Shown: positions 1-13,709 of the stretch, in pieces | Numbering within the stretch: position 1 is the stretch's first letter | Layout: the number at the start of each line of letters is the position of its first letter | NCBI GenBank assembly: GCA_011109175.1 | Contig: RDEW01000014.1 | Location: 806,001-870,000 of the forward strand | Direction of reading: 5' to 3' | Length of the DNA stretch: 64,000 nt | DNA from: Dicyema japonicum | Taxonomy: Eukaryota; Animalia; Dicyemida | Translations under genes and position numbers: made by a program | Notes under the pieces: generated by a model | What the model was told of the DNA's origin: nothing | Database searches by the model: none | What the model saw: only the letters and a program-made list of their open reading frames with translations

Positions 1-1489
1 TCCCGAACGTACAGTGGCATGATGACCTCGAGTGATCACAGACTACTAGTGGCACGTCTTATTCTAAAGCGACGCTTTGGAATCTCTGGAGCACTGGCAC
101 CATGTAAGCGGAGAAGGACATTGGCTTTGGAGGCTCTATGTGCTTCCGACAATACCCGTAAAGTACGGCGAGAAAATATCGAAACTGTTGGAAATGTCGA
201 CACGAATATGTCACCCGGGCTGCTATGAAAGAATATTTCTATCAGAGTCAGGCAGGCTGTTGGGATGGTACTGGGAAATCGCCCAATGAGGTTCAAAGGA
301 ACTTTTGACAAAGAAATAGAAGAACTGTCAAAAAACAAAAGGAAACTCCGACTCTTAATCGAGTCGTCAGACTCGACAAGCCAAACTGACTCTCTTAAAA
401 GAGAACGCAACAGAATCAAATACAAAATAATGAGAAGAGTGAGGGAACTAGCCCGGCATATACTGGATAACTTGGCAAAAGACGCCGAACGGTACAAACA
501 TGGTGCAAAAATGTTTGCTGCGGTTAAACAATTATCCCGCAACACCAGACCGGAAAGAATCACAATTCTTGATGATACAGGAAAAGTAATAATCAACGGC
601 CAGGAATCAGTAAATATAATTGCCGCTTTTTACAAAAAAAATTTCAATGAACACTTGGAACCGTTCGAAGGAATTCCAATTCCCAGCGACTTGAATCAAT
701 GCATCACGCATTACGAAGTCATTTCAGCCTTGGGTAAGCTCAAGAATGGAAGAACCCCTGGACAGGACAACGTGAATGTAGAATTATTGAAATACGCGCC
801 AGACAGGGTGGCTGAGTTAAATCTGCACAGTCCTGAACAGAACGTTCAAATGTCACAGTTCATTTGATTCGGGGAATGACACCTTGATCCCAATTCAGAA
901 ACCTGGAAAGGAAAGGGGAAATTTAAACAGTCTACGCCCGATTACACTAATGAATACGATAAGGAAAATACTTTCTCTTGTTGTGCTGGATCGTATTTCA
1001 GGACCTGTAAATAAGTTCCTAAACCCGAGTCAAAGTGGATTCAGACCTGGAAGGTCGACAGCAGATGTAGTATGGAGCCATAGATGGCTGTGTGCAATGT
1101 GCCAGAAACACAAAGAAAAAATCTCAATCCTTGGAATTGACCTATCCCGTGCTTTCGACACTATCAACCGCAAAAAACTGATGCACGTACTGGAAAGTAT
1201 TCTAGACAAGGATGCATCACGTATGATCAAATTTTTACTCTCCAACACATCGCTATCGGTGCTCGTGGGAAATTACAACTCAACAAGAAAAAAAACCGAA
1301 ACCGGCGCACCACAGGGAGACTCGTTATCCCCGGTCCTATTCATAATATACCTGGAGGCAGCTCTAAGACCTCTCCGGGAAAAATACTGTTTCTCTAACG
1401 TGATAGAAGTAATCTATACCGATGATATTGATTTCGTCTGCCTGGAAAAGGATACGCTGGAAACTACACAAAGTATGAAGCATCAATGA
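1..1489 (+). mobile_element. RTE-like non-LTR retrotransposon ORF2 (end of APE endonuclease + RT), frameshifted and truncated
   Basis: SDHRLLVA (APE end), TPGQDNVNVELLKY, LRPITLMN, QSGFRPGRST, IDLSRAFDTI, GAPQGDSLSP, YTDDI across ORFs 19-228, 265-867 and 884-1489. Confidence 0.9.
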
Positions 1490-2870
1490 CCGTATCGCTG
1501 TAATCCAAATCCGGATATCCCCGTCCAGGAAGAATTCATTGATGACAATAATTAATGTATATGCCCCCCATACTGCAGAATATCAGCAAACATGGAGGAA
1601 CTGGACGAATTCTACATGAATCTATCCCTAACAGATATGAACCTCCGCAGATCTACTCTAACATTCATGCATAGTGATTGGACTGCAAATCTTTCCGGAG
1701 ACCCCCTTGTTGATTTCTGTAGCGCAATGGGCCTATATCTGTGTAATACGATACAAGACGACTTGGGTGGACTACCGATACGGTATTAATGGGCAGCCTA
1801 TAACAATTTTCAACCAGATTGTCTACATTCTTTGAAAAAATTTACTAAAGAGATTACTAATGGATTCGAGAAGTTACGAGGGGGACATTACTTGACATGA
1901 CCATAAACTGGTCGTCGCACGGATGAATATAAAAATATATTTTGGCATAATGAACGGAACCAGAAGGTTGCAGCCACGGGTCGCTGACTGGCTAAAGAGA
2001 CTCTAACTAAGAACATCAAAAAAGAACCGAATAGTCAAAAATGGGTCATTATAAGAAGAAAACGGAATAAAATTCTCCACCAAATAAGAAACCGAGCAAA
2101 AGAGTGAGTGAATCAATACTTAAATGACAAAGCACACAAAGTCAGTGACACACAATATGGGAGTCGAATGTTTGCTTCATTCAAACAACTGAAGAGGGGA
2201 TCACCAAGGCCATCTGTCAAAGTATGTGACAAGTTGGGCTGCCTTATGCTGAATGAATTATATAAAAAATCAAATTGGCCACTATTTCATGAGATTATTC
2301 CAAGTTGGCAATTTCAAGTATCAGTCAATTCATTGGAACACGGAAACCACTACCAGTATTACAAAAGAAGTGACCTGTGTATTTAATCGCCTGAAAAATA
2401 CTAATTTAGGAGGGGAACTTACTAACCAATCGACTTTTTTTTGCCTTGGAAAAGGACAGGCTGAGCGAGTTTCGTCCTCCTTACAGACATAAAGGAATCC
2501 GGTTCCGCGACTACGGGTCGCAGCTTCCGTAAGTAGGGGATTAACCGTTGATCCAGAGTGAGAGCCCATCATAGATATAGTTTTCCGATATATTGAGAGA
2601 AAAATTGATGAACATACGAACCAACATATTAAATGAAGACTGTCTGATGCTAGTGGGATTCCTTCTTGCAGGAACAGAGCTAACTCTAAAAGTTGGCATG
2701 AAGCACTCTGAAAAGTTCTTTATTGGCATTGGTACTCCACAAGGAAATTCTCTGTTCCCCGTTTTGTTTGCCGTATATGCAAAATGGAATTTAAAGATCC
2801 ACAAAACAGGCTATGACAAATTGGACGCGCCCCGTCAAGTAATAATGAGTTAAAAAAACTTGGTTCACTG
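1490..2870 (+). mobile_element. Second, more decayed RTE-like LINE copy
   Basis: ELDEFY, GLYLCNT, MFASFKQL and GTPQGNSLFPVLF parallel the copy at 1-1489; many stops. Confidence 0.75.
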
Positions 2871-3330
2871 TTAGGAGACCCTCTCTCGGGAACCGACACA
2901 TTCCCTGTATGTCCGTTTTTTGGGCGATTTTTCATGTTGGATAATGTGCTACCTGACTTTCTCAAACGGGATTGATTTTGTCATAGATGGTCTTGACGGC
3001 TCTAGACTGAATACAATTAATCTTCTCAACGTTTGATCTTGCAAGGTTTGTTGCCCAAGCGGCACACCATAACTTTGGCTCAACAAAGTGTGTATACATG
3101 GAACCTATCGTTTAATTAAAAGTCGTTGATATTTAACCAAGTTCAATTTTCTTACTGACGATTACATTCAACACACGTTTGCTGAAAGTCATCAATGTGT
3201 AAAAAGGTTACTCCAATAATATTAACTCTCTTCAAAAACTGTTGGGGGAATAATTTGGCATTCTTTATTTGATGTAGAGAGAATTCGATGATTTCTCCAT
3301 GGACGTAGACATTGTGTTAGATTCTGAACA
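2870..3330 (-). mobile_element. LINE RT C-terminal fragment
   Basis: Minus strand reads MYTHFVEPKLWCAAWATNLARSNVEKINCIQSR, similar to the WATNLS region of the LINE at 26917-27183. Confidence 0.6.
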
Positions 3331-3339
3331 CATGTTAAG

Positions 3340-3445
3340 TATGTGGCGCAGTCCAACGAGTGCCGGGTAAAGGCCTGATGGTCCCGTATTCGAATCTCGT
3401 TGCTGTACATTCTGGCTGAGGGTTCCACGCATCTACGAGAAATTG
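3340..3445 (+). mobile_element. Diverged tRNA-derived SINE head
   Basis: B-box-like ATTCGAATCTC followed by GCTGTACATTCTGG..GGTTCCACGCATCTACGA, shared with the SINE at 22254-22566. Confidence 0.7.
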
Positions 3446-4160
3446 GATATCGACTTGATTGAAATTACCACCTCAATACGAAAATGCTATAAGTAGTATT
3501 AACGAAATATTACACCTCATGGATACTTACTTCATGGGGGAAGTAATAAATGGTTATACGAAGAAGAACATACTGGCTTGGTTTTTTCCCTTAATTTAGT
3601 TAGTTTTGTCTTTGGTGGGTAATAAAAATTATATGTCTCTATCTACGATTCTCAGAAATTAACCCTTCTTATGGTTTAGATATCCATACTGGTATAGAGT
3701 ATCCCTGGTTACATTACATGTCAGGCTATTTTACGGCCATTTGACATCACTATTCTGAAAAAAACAGATAAAAGATGTAAAATAGTTGAAATAGCCACGT
3801 GGTGCTTCGTGGCTAATTGGTTGAAGTTTCTGTTTTGTTCGTCTGTTCCTCCTCTGTCTTCCTATTAGATTGGCTTCATGTGATTCACCAGTCTAGGTGG
3901 TGCCCAGTGCCAGGCCGGCACGAAAAAGGATCATTTGCTCTCCCCCACTCCACTGGATGGGTTTCCACAACTGCAACTATGGATGTCTTTTACCCTTTAT
4001 GCTGATTCCGGATGGATTCTGTTTCTGTAGAAGTGGAAACTGGATACATTTAATTAGTTGTTTACTTTAACTACTTTCTCGGTGTATCCGTGGTTAATAA
4101 ATAAATAATAAAATAGAAATTGACATAAAACTTTTAAAAAATCCTATTTAATGCTAATGG

Positions 4161-4873
4161 ATCAACAAATGCTCGACAACTTGGAACTATGGCTCTCGAA
4201 GCGGAGACTTGACACATCAGCAGCAAAGTCCTTTGTCACACTGTTTACCACCTACAAGAGACAGCTCTGTATCGAACCAAAAGTATTTATGAAGAACGAA
4301 GCTATCTCTGTTAACAAAACACCGAAGATTCTGGGAGTAACCTTTGATCAGTGACTCACCTTTATCCGGGATGTTGAAAACAGAGTAACTTCTGCTCTGA
4401 AAAAATGAGAATTTTAAAAGTGCTCTCAAAAACACTTAGAGATCAAACTGGGATCCTTGCCACGATTTATAAACAATTTATCCGACAAACGATGACGTAT
4501 GCAAGTCCTTCATGGGCAATGCAAATGTCACGATCTTCCACATTGAAATTATCTGCAATCGAGGAGACTGCAATAAGGTTAATTGGACCAGATCATAATA
4601 TCCAACCTATTGAAAACTTTTTAATTGAACTACAACGGAAACTATTAAAGGAGACTGTTCTACCGAGCTGCCCTCTATTCTATATACTATCGAAATATCT
4701 ACAATCATACAGAAATTTTGAGCCGATGCCATATCCAATGAGAAGAGCTGTTCAGGTTTCTCGACCCCGCCGGACTCGCCCAAATTTTTTTCTGTCTGTG
4801 ATCACTTAGTTAGATGAGAACATTTATTTATTTCTATTTGATCCAGTGATCCTGGTGGTAATAATAATAATAA
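4161..4873 (+). mobile_element. 5'-truncated LINE (family B) 3' end with TSD
   Basis: KILGVTFDQ and YKQFIRQTMTYAS motifs; (TAA)n tail; 13-bp TSD TTAATGCTAATGG at 4148-4160 and 4874-4886; homologous to 21770-23065. Confidence 0.85.
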
Positions 4874-5406
4874 TTAATGCTAATGGGGCCAAGAACAAAG
4901 TCTGACATAATTGTGAAGAAACCGGATGGTAGTGTATTGTTTGAATAGGAGACATTATTAATTTTCTGTGAACAGCATGAAGGCTCATCAATCCCGAAAA
5001 TACATACTGGATGCTGTCTTATAAAAGCTGTCTAAATTTATCTAAAAAATAAATTACCTGAGAAAATATTAATACGTTCACGTGGAAATTGCCTGTTCCA
5101 CTTCTAGGCGTGAAGACTTTCATGCATGGAAATTATTACTAACTTTATGGGCATCTACACAATTTCCTGAGTAACAGACATCCCCTAATTCAAGAAACAA
5201 AGTTTACATCAAACTCATACTTGTACATGAAACAATTCCTTTTGCATACCCATCAATTTTAAGAAATCTTTTATTTTAGACGATCCATATAGTAAAATTA
5301 TTTCAATCTAGGTTAACATTAAGAAGATTTTATTATTGCATTAAGAAGATATCTTGTCTGACAAAATATGCACCAAACCACTTTTTTAATTGAACATGTG
5401 AATCTC

Positions 5407-5651
5407 GGAGTGCGGAAAAAAAGTCAAGCGGATTTCGTTAACGGACTTGACTTTTTTTCCGTTTTGCGCTAAATTTCGAAAATTTATAAGGGAAAAATTT
5501 TCAAAAATGGAAAAAAAGTCAAGTATTGAAAAAATTTTTAAAAATTAAAAGATGCTAGTAGTATCACAAAAATGCGATATAAACTAAAAAAAGACAACTT
5601 GAATTTTTTTCCGCTTGACTTTTTTTCCACTTGACTTTTTTTCCTACAACC
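5407..5651. mobile_element. MITE-like non-autonomous DNA transposon (GG..CC termini, 9-bp TSD; MULE- or Merlin-like)
   Basis: TSD GTGAATCTC at 5398-5406 and 5652-5660; inverted arrays of GGAAAAAAAGTCAAG / CTTGACTTTTTTTCC; second copy at 58376. Confidence 0.85.
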
Positions 5652-6924
5652 GTGAATCTCTGCTAAGACTTTTACGCCCACCATTACTTTTAACAATCTA
5701 GACAACAAGGACTTCAAATTCTATACGATATTACGATTTTGATTGTGCACACTTATTGTGCCTCACATAGAAAACAAAGTGACAATTTTCCTGACATCTC
5801 CTCTCAGCCTTGTTCTCTACTAAAATGATACTTATGACATTACAGCTGGGTTAGAGACCATAAGGGACCGGTCTCCAAGTTAGAAGAGGTAGAAAAATTT
5901 AATTTCTCAAAAAAGTGTTAGAATGAGATTTGTGGATCATTCTAGGTTAGGGACCACAAGGCATGAAATTATACTCATGTGGTTAATGTCAAAAAAATCA
6001 TTAACATTAATTGAAAGTTTAATGACATTTAAATAACCTTGAAACTGTCTATTTTTATTGATAACAAAAATTCAGATCAGGTTCGGGGAATAGCTTTGGT
6101 CTATACCGATTTGGTCAAATCCTTGCTACCTGTCGTTCCTTGAAAGTTAACACGCTTGATCGATTCAAGCTTATGTTCTTGCCCCGGATTGAGTCTGAGT
6201 CTTGCTAACACGGTTGTGCAACAGCGGACCAACAAGTAGGATGATGTTCCGAATAAATTTATTCTAAAACATTGCTTTTATCTTGGGATGACCCTATTAT
6301 CTTTACCAAAATAGTAACATCATCGAAGCAATCATTCAATGTCCACCACACCTGAACTCTCTCGAAAACTGGTTTGTTGTAAACCATCTCTCCCCGTCTC
6401 ATTTGATATTACTTTTCATTTTTTCATATTGACCGTCTGCTGAATTTTCTTCAATACCATTTTCAGAGAAATGTTTCCAAACGTTACTTTGAGTTAAATT
6501 TTAAAAACTAGTAACCATCTCAAAACACGTGGAGGAACAAATGCCTGTCGCAAAAATCAACATACTAAAGCTGTGTCAGACTATTTTCCGGCCTAAGCAG
6601 AGAAGGTCTGAGCATCATATATAAATAATTCATTCTAAGTGCAATTAACTAGGGAAGCCCTTGTTGGCCAATATCCTCTCTCAATTCTATCGACAAATTG
6701 CTAAAAATTCAAAACATTCCGTTCAGAACGACAACCGGATGGACCATCTATTAATCACCTCTGGAAAACAAAACCCTTCCAATTGCCGACTATCTGGGAA
6801 TGAGAGCTATACAATTTCTCCCAAACCTACAATTTTTACCATCTCATGTCACTTTTTTTGAAAGTAATTCTATAACAAAATTCTGCGCCTGCTACAACCC
6901 AAAGGACATTCGGGTTAACCTAGC

Positions 6925-7690
6925 TCATTATTCCACAGGATCACCGGGTTAAAGGAAAGGGAGACCTCAAATAAGTGACCCAGAACCGACAAGGAAGTTG
7001 ACGAGGTCGAGAGGATGGGCATGCTGTATTACCATTTTCATTGTGCACTTAGAGTAGGTTTCATGGTATTTGAACAAGATTTCGTTTAAGATACTGCTTT
7101 AATAATTTTTTTAGGTTCAAAAAGATGTGTTTTGAGATGATTGAACTTCAAATAATTATTCAGATGGTAGGTTTGTTTGGTCTTCATAACTGCTGTGGTT
7201 CCGGTTCTCAACATGTTTAGAGAAGGGGAGTCCTTAGTCGAATATAACTCCGATGATTTTTGGTATGGTGGTGACTGTAATAGTTAAGTCATCAAGGAGA
7301 ACATTTGGCTTGATATTTTATTCTCTTCTAAATGTACCAAAAAGTCGTAAATGATTTTGTGAGATAGACATCAAGACCCAGTTTTCCAAGCCATGTGGTT
7401 AGGGTATTCACCGTTCTTTGCACAACTTGACCGGTGGTTTGATAATCTTTATTTCTGCAGGAAATGACGATGTTGTTTGTGTAAGAGAGTACAGTTTTCT
7501 TACGGTGGTCTTGGAATAAAGATTTGATTTTGATAATTTTTTCAGTCTTGTAAAATCAAAAATATTTACTAGAGTCTACAAGTGTATCTGGCTTAAAGAG
7601 GAAACAAAATATTTTATTTTATTTCTCAGAATGTCGCATCAATAAGGATCCCGAAGAATGAGCGTTCTTTGCAGTTGAGGCTCTTTCTAG
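6925..7690 (-). mobile_element. Decayed LINE 3' portion
   Basis: Minus strand QRTVNTLTTWLGKLGL (RT C-terminal region) and tail motif CCGGTGATCCTGTGGAATAAT near 6930. Confidence 0.6.
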
Positions 7691-7899
7691 TACAATTGAA
7701 AATGCTCTCCACTCTTACTCTCCATCCAATTGGTGGGGTTATTTAGTTGTTGTCCTTCCGCTATTGGTTTCTCGCAAGACTGTGCTTGTGATGGAAGAGG
7801 ATTTTTCTCTACTAACATGAAAAACTGATTCGATCCATTCTGGAAGGCAGTATCCTTTTGACTATTCTGCTTCTCGTGATCATACACGAGAGTCCCGAA

Positions 7900-9375
7900 A
7901 TCGAACGAGGATGGTAGGTTCTTAGCCTCAAGAAGGCGGTTCGCACGAAATTATTTGAAGGAGAAGCTCTTAAAATCTTCAAAAAACCTTAGACATCTTC
8001 CATGTGTGTTGAAAAACATTCACCTCCCTCTCACAATGCGATTCGTTCCATCACATCCAAAAGTTAGCCCCATTTTACCCAAGGGAACACCGACTGTATG
8101 GATAGAATGAGACCATTTGAAAAACATTACTTTTCGTCCGAACCAAATTCTATCGGGAGATCTGCCAAATGCAATCCGTCACGTCCTGTTCTCTGACAAC
8201 CTGATCGCCTTTGAAAAGAAAAAAGGTGAAGTTTGTCCGATCGCTGTTGGTTTTGTCTTTAGGAGACTAGCTGGCAAGATTACCTGCAAGAGATCTATTA
8301 CCATGATTGCACATTTTCTAAGCCCTTCTCAACGTAGACTTGATTACGATTCTGCTGCAAAGAAGCAGCCTATTCAGTACAAATTTTCAAAAGCTCTCAA
8401 AATATTCTTGGACGCGGTGTTCTGAATTAGTTTTGAACTAAACAGGTATAAATAAAATTTATAATTGTGGACTATCCGATGTTGATTTTACTCAAGTCGT
8501 TTGTCCAAGTCAATTTTGTCTTGTATTCCTTGGTTATCCGATGACTTAGAGTGTAATGAGGAAAGTGATGGGCGACAAACATCTACTTGAAGAGTGTACT
8601 TAATCGGATGTTGCATCCTTGATCATCATAACTCTTTGTCCTCCCTAAGAACAGCCTGTCCATTCTTAGAATTTCTTATATCCTTGAATGACCTTAAGTC
8701 ATCTCTCTTGTATTGATTCTGTCTTCCATAAGGCGGTCGAGCATGTTTGTAACGTTCGTTTCGACGACGGCTCTTTGAAACAGGCCACACTGTTTGTCAA
8801 GTTTGGTGGCCTTGGGATTCGATCTTCATTTGATGTTTCTCTGCCGCATACCTCTAGTCTCTTGTGACCTCCGATTCCATGGAAAAGAAGATTCTACGTT
8901 CTTTCCCCTTATTTTCTTCTGACTAGTAAGGAGGTAACCCTATAAAGATTTGGAATCGTTCTTATTCACACATCCTCCCATCCCAGAACATGAGACGGAC
9001 TCTGGAAAGTGTTATTTGCATAATTAATTTTGAAAAAATTCTGGAGTCCTCCAAACAAACTTTGGTGTTTAACGACTTCATTCGAGCCTCACTGCGACTT
9101 AGACTGAATGAGTGCAGATACGGTGAGTGAATTGAGATTTTGAACTACATCCACTCGATTGCAGGAGGAGTGCCGGCAAGACCTCAAGCATTAAACGAAG
9201 TCGTTCGACAGGCTTTGAGAGTGGTTGCTTCCCCTCGGTACTCGAACACGTCGGGATGTGTAGAAAACGTACAGATGGAGTGACAATCCATTCGTTGCTC
9301 GAGAACCCCTTTCAATGGCTGTTCAATCGCTGGGAAGGCCGAGACGGTGAAGCAGTGGAAGTACACTGACCTCCC
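7900..9375 (+). mobile_element. Decayed CRE-clade retrotransposon (RT + RLE remnants)
   Basis: NLIAFEKKKGEVCPIAVGFVFRRLAGK matches NLTGLGKKDGGIRPIAIGNVFRRLSAK of the 23.4-26.4 kb element; HPLDCRRSAGK near 9150. Confidence 0.8.
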
Positions 9376-10041
9376 AAGTGATGTAACTTAATTCTTATAT
9401 TTACATATTTAATCAATATTGATGCTAATTTTAAAATATATTGAATTTGCCTATAAATTAATACACGTGTCGTGAACTTTCAGGATTGCATGTCTCTAAT
9501 AACAGAAGACCTTCAAATCTAAGTGTACTATTAATATAAAAATTAAGCGTATCCCCTGAGTTATTAAAGACTAGAAGAGTAATTTACGTCATGAGGCAAT
9601 GTCATTATGTGTAGCTACATTAGCAATTCAAACTAATTAATGAAAATTCAGAAAAATCGCAATTGCCTCAACAATCAAATTTCTGTCATAAATAATTTCA
9701 ATGGTCATAATTGAAGATTGTGATTGTGACGCAAAACATAAAGTTGTCAATTATAGTGACCTTCAAAAAAGTGAATGATAAACCTGAGATCATCAACAAA
9801 TAATTTTATTGAAGAAAGAAAATAGAGTAACGGGATCATCAACTATATAAACCTATTATCATTGTTTAAATGTAAAAATAATTGTATCATTTTCATAAAA
9901 GTCATCATTCCATAAAAAACATAATAATATTATTTAAAATATTATTTTTGTTTAAAAAATAAATAAAATATTTTTAATAGAATATTTTGAATGCTCTCTC
10001 GACTGTCACAGAACCGGAAGATTAGTTCGAATAATTTAAAA

Positions 10042-11499
10042 ATGAATTTTCTCACTGGAATAATCATTATTTTTACAAATCGCTTTTTAAAGTTGAGATC
10101 CGAATACATAGTTGAACTCATTAGGGATTTACTTAACTTGTATCTCCATTACATGACCTTTGGCTTTGTAAAGGTTTAGTTAATTTATAGATTTCATTTG
10201 CTACTCTGATGTTGAATATTTTATTTTTTGACCTTTTATTTTATCATTATCTTGTCAATCAGTACTTACTCATACTTTGTATTTCCTTGGTTTGGGCAGA
10301 TCTTGTCTTTACTGCCAATAGTAAGTGACCATTTACTTTAGAATTTGCCCTGTGGAAGTCAATTTTAGTCTTTTCTCTTTGCATTCACATTAGTGGGGGT
10401 ATCTCTTCAAAAATCAGTGAATATGTTCTTTGTTCTTCATTTTATCGCATATTGGCCGTTCATTGGTTTAATTTTCATTAAATCATAGTTTTGTCTCAAG
10501 AAGTTTGGAATTAGTGTATCAAACCAAGAAATCTGTTGGCAGGAAACTGAAGAATTTGTTTTACCACTATTCTTATGTTTTTATTAAAGTTTATTATTTT
10601 GTTAATTTCAGACGATTGTTGAGAATGCTGATTTTGTTAGTTTCCTCCAGGAAAATCACACCGATGGTTTGTCCAAAGTTTTACTCAAAGAGGAGATAGT
10701 GAGACTGTTCACTAAGGAGGAATCTCAGTCTAAAGGTCCTATAAAGAAGAGAATAGAATCACGAACCAATATTGCTAAGCATTCTTCAAAGTTTATGAAT
10801 TCCAATAATTTTAGTGAGTCGAGGGAAGAGATTAGGAGATTTTCTCCCAAAAATGGTAACTTGGAGACCCAAATATATTTAATGAACATAAAAATCGTAA
10901 AAATGAAGAATGAAATCAGAAAATTACAATTAGAAAAGACAAACTTATCCTTAATGTATAATTATTATTATTTAAAGGATTTCCAAACTCACATCAGTTG
11001 GACCTCAAATAGTGAGTATTATACAAGTGGTAAAGAACCTTAAAATGCGTATTGAATCGTTTAGGACCGTTATTCCCATCATAATAGTTTGTTGATTCTG
11101 AGAAAGTAAGAATTATATAATAGTTAGTGAAAATATAGGACAATTAAAGCTAAGAATGGCAGAAATGGGTCAGGCTTTGTTTTTTAGAATTAATGAGATT
11201 AAACTACAGGAGGATAAAATTTACAATTTAAATCAACAGATTCTAGTTGGAATTATATTTATGTAGAAAATGAAAGAAAAGACTGAAGAATCTTTAATTT
11301 TAATGAAAACTGTGAAATCTCTGAAAATTAAAGTAAGATATCAGGAGGACTGCCTCCTTTCTGAGGCCAGATTAAAGTTGATGTTTTTTTCCATTGTCGC
11401 CAAATTGAATCAAGAATTGAGAAGTAAAAATGGTTATTATTTCATTTTATTTTAGATATTATCAAAATTTACAGAAAGTCCAGTCACCCATTTTGGTGA
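10042..11499 (+). CDS. Orphan coiled-coil protein, multi-exon (5' boundary uncertain)
   Basis: Exons joined by 21-23 nt GT..AG introns (e.g. gtataattattattatttaaag, gtaagaattatataatagttag, gttggaattatatttatgtag, gttattatttcattttattttag); heptad-like KIVKMKNEIRKLQLEK; ends ..SHPFW* at 11499. Confidence 0.5.
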
Positions 11500-11789
11500 T
11501 ATTAACTATAATATAATTAACAAGAACTTTATTCCCTAATTATTATTCTCCTTTACTTTAGTAGCTTTCATTATTGAGACCACATTCATTTTCATGATGC
11601 AATTTCCTCCTTTTGCTATCAACCGTGGCACGTTGGAAGGAAAGCTATTAAGGTCCCATGTTCGCTTGGTCACAACTAAATATACTTTTCACATTAACCA
11701 TGTGCATATATAATTTCGGATTATTTCTAAACCAATCTCATTTTAACTAAATAAATCTCAGATCGCACACTTTATTTTAGGGAAAGTAC

Positions 11790-12000
11790 GGATGACACAG
11801 TAGAATAAGTTACGGACAAAAATCATGAGGTCCCCGGTTCGAATCTCACTCCTGTACATTCGGTCGAAGGTTCACGAATATACTTGGGTTTGACGATTTA
11901 CTCCGTCATGTCTCATCACTGCTGAACTAGATTGTTTTATGGAAATCACACACAAACTACAAGTCAAGAACACTTGGATATTCCATTAATTAGCATTAAT
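11790..12000 (+). mobile_element. Diverged tRNA-derived SINE copy
   Basis: GGTTCGAATCTC B-box, then GGGTTTGACGA..CCGTCAT..ACTGCTGAACTAGATTGT as in the SINE at 22254. Confidence 0.7.
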
Positions 12001-13019
12001 GTTCTTATCAAAATAAAGTGTGAGTTCTGCCTAAGGTAGGTTTAAGAAATGGAAACATTACCTACTCTGCCGGAAGGGCTGTGTATTTTAATCTCAGATC
12101 AAAGTTAACTTTATCAGATCAATGAGTCAAATTCAAGGACATTATACCCTCATGATTATAAGCCTAAATGTTAAGATAAACACATTTCCGTGTTAATACA
12201 TTACCAATTTAACCATCAAATCTGGTTTGAAGTGGGCCTTCAATTTGCATAATTTATTCTGGTCGCCATTTACACGATTACATCAAACTAACTACTTACA
12301 TGATTCCAACACGCTCCAGTAGAGACCTCATGTTGGCTGTGCTTCTCACTCGACTTTACAAAAGCTCGTAGTTGCACGGGCTCCTGTACAAGCAATTAAT
12401 TAGGATGAAACTGAATTATGTCTCCCAAAAACTGGACTCTCCCCGTATCACTCTCCCTACTACAAAGGTTGAAGCAGGTACGAAATTTAGCATTGAGAGC
12501 TGTAACGGGCTGTTTAAAATCATCTTACACTGGGAGTTGAAATACTGTCTTTGGGTGACCACCTTGAAATGAGGAGTTTCCAATATCTCAGACAATCGCT
12601 TGATCTAAATCACCCAAGCTTCCCATTACTTGAATCGACTAACCACAGACACATATGGAGAACATTCACTGATCTCCAAAGAACACTCTGGAAAATCCAA
12701 CCTCTGACAAAAGCAAAAATCTTGACCAAAAGTATATATGACTTTGTGTCTACGCGTGTCCCCCTCGATGATAACAGAATATTGGGGCGCAGACCATCTG
12801 AGATTAGCGCTTGAGAACTGCCTTCTCCGAGAGCCGTCAGAATGGAACATTCTCGTTTACGATATGGACATCATCCGTCTCGGGCTGGGAAAGAAGTTCG
12901 GGATCTCTTTGCTTGCCTTCGTGAAAGTAATGGATCTCAGGGAGCTTCCTCGGGGCGTTTTTTACGGTTGCCAGTACATGAAACTGGAGTTAATAATTTA
13001 ATTTAAAATAGACTAATAT

Positions 13020-13620
13020 CAATGATGATCGGGTTATGATAAAATTGTAGGTCATTTCTGAGATTCCAACTAATTAACGATGCTATGGAAGGTTAACATA
13101 AAGAGAGATCAAGGGACGTATTTGGATCCTAGGAAGAGTCACACATATTGTGTGTTAGTTGTGATTGTTCAGTATGGCAAGGTGCTTGTGTTCTGAGATG
13201 ACTAGTTTTCCTCTGACGTCTTATGACTGACCCGAATACCATAGTGAATCCTTAGCATTAAGGTAATAATGCTATTGAAGTGAGTAGGAATTGGGACGGT
13301 AGCATGATGAGGGGAATGTTAATATTAATGGGACTATATGGAGTGGACATGACGTTTCTTTGACAAAAAATTGCATGATGTCCATAACAGTCGAGGGTAC
13401 CACCACATCGGCACTTGTTATTAAAGATAGAAAAGGAAATAATAGATCCTGTATTGAAAGACTCTAGGATCTTCTTACCTTCCGCTATTATTCCAACAGC
13501 TGGACATAAAAGGAAGGCTTCATGTGGAAGACATCAACTACTTATAGTTTTAGGATCGTTCGAGACTATACAACCACTCTCCTCTTATTTTTTAGTATTG
13601 AAGAGATAAAAACCATCACA
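13020..13620 (-). mobile_element. LINE APE endonuclease fragment
   Basis: Minus strand HLAILNN..TSLDLSLC..ISWNL..HNPIII. Confidence 0.55.
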
Positions 13621-13709
13621 AATTAGGATAATTCTTTAATGATAAAGGGGAAACTTCATTTCTAAAAATAACTTCCAAAGGAATATAAAAAGTGCATGAA
13701 GAAGACATC

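Noticed and set aside
36-596. Long antisense ORFs (also 23680-24174, 24283-24759, 62415-62828)
   Set aside because: Shadows of retrotransposon ORFs on the opposite strand with no recognisable motifs
2455-2570. GC-rich hairpin (GCGAC-TACGG-GTCGC) and minus-strand GGACGAAAC suggesting a hammerhead ribozyme
   Set aside because: No CUGANGA core upstream; the minus strand reads like a LINE C-terminal peptide (GFLYVCKEDE vs FLRICEEDG at ~38880)
3902-3935. Hairpin with apparent covariation shared with 23152-23180 (GTGCC..GGCAC vs ATGCC..GGCAT); HDV-like GGCCGGCA
   Set aside because: Differences fit coding conservation (PVPGRH/PMPGRH) of a LINE remnant; HDV pairing elements are absent
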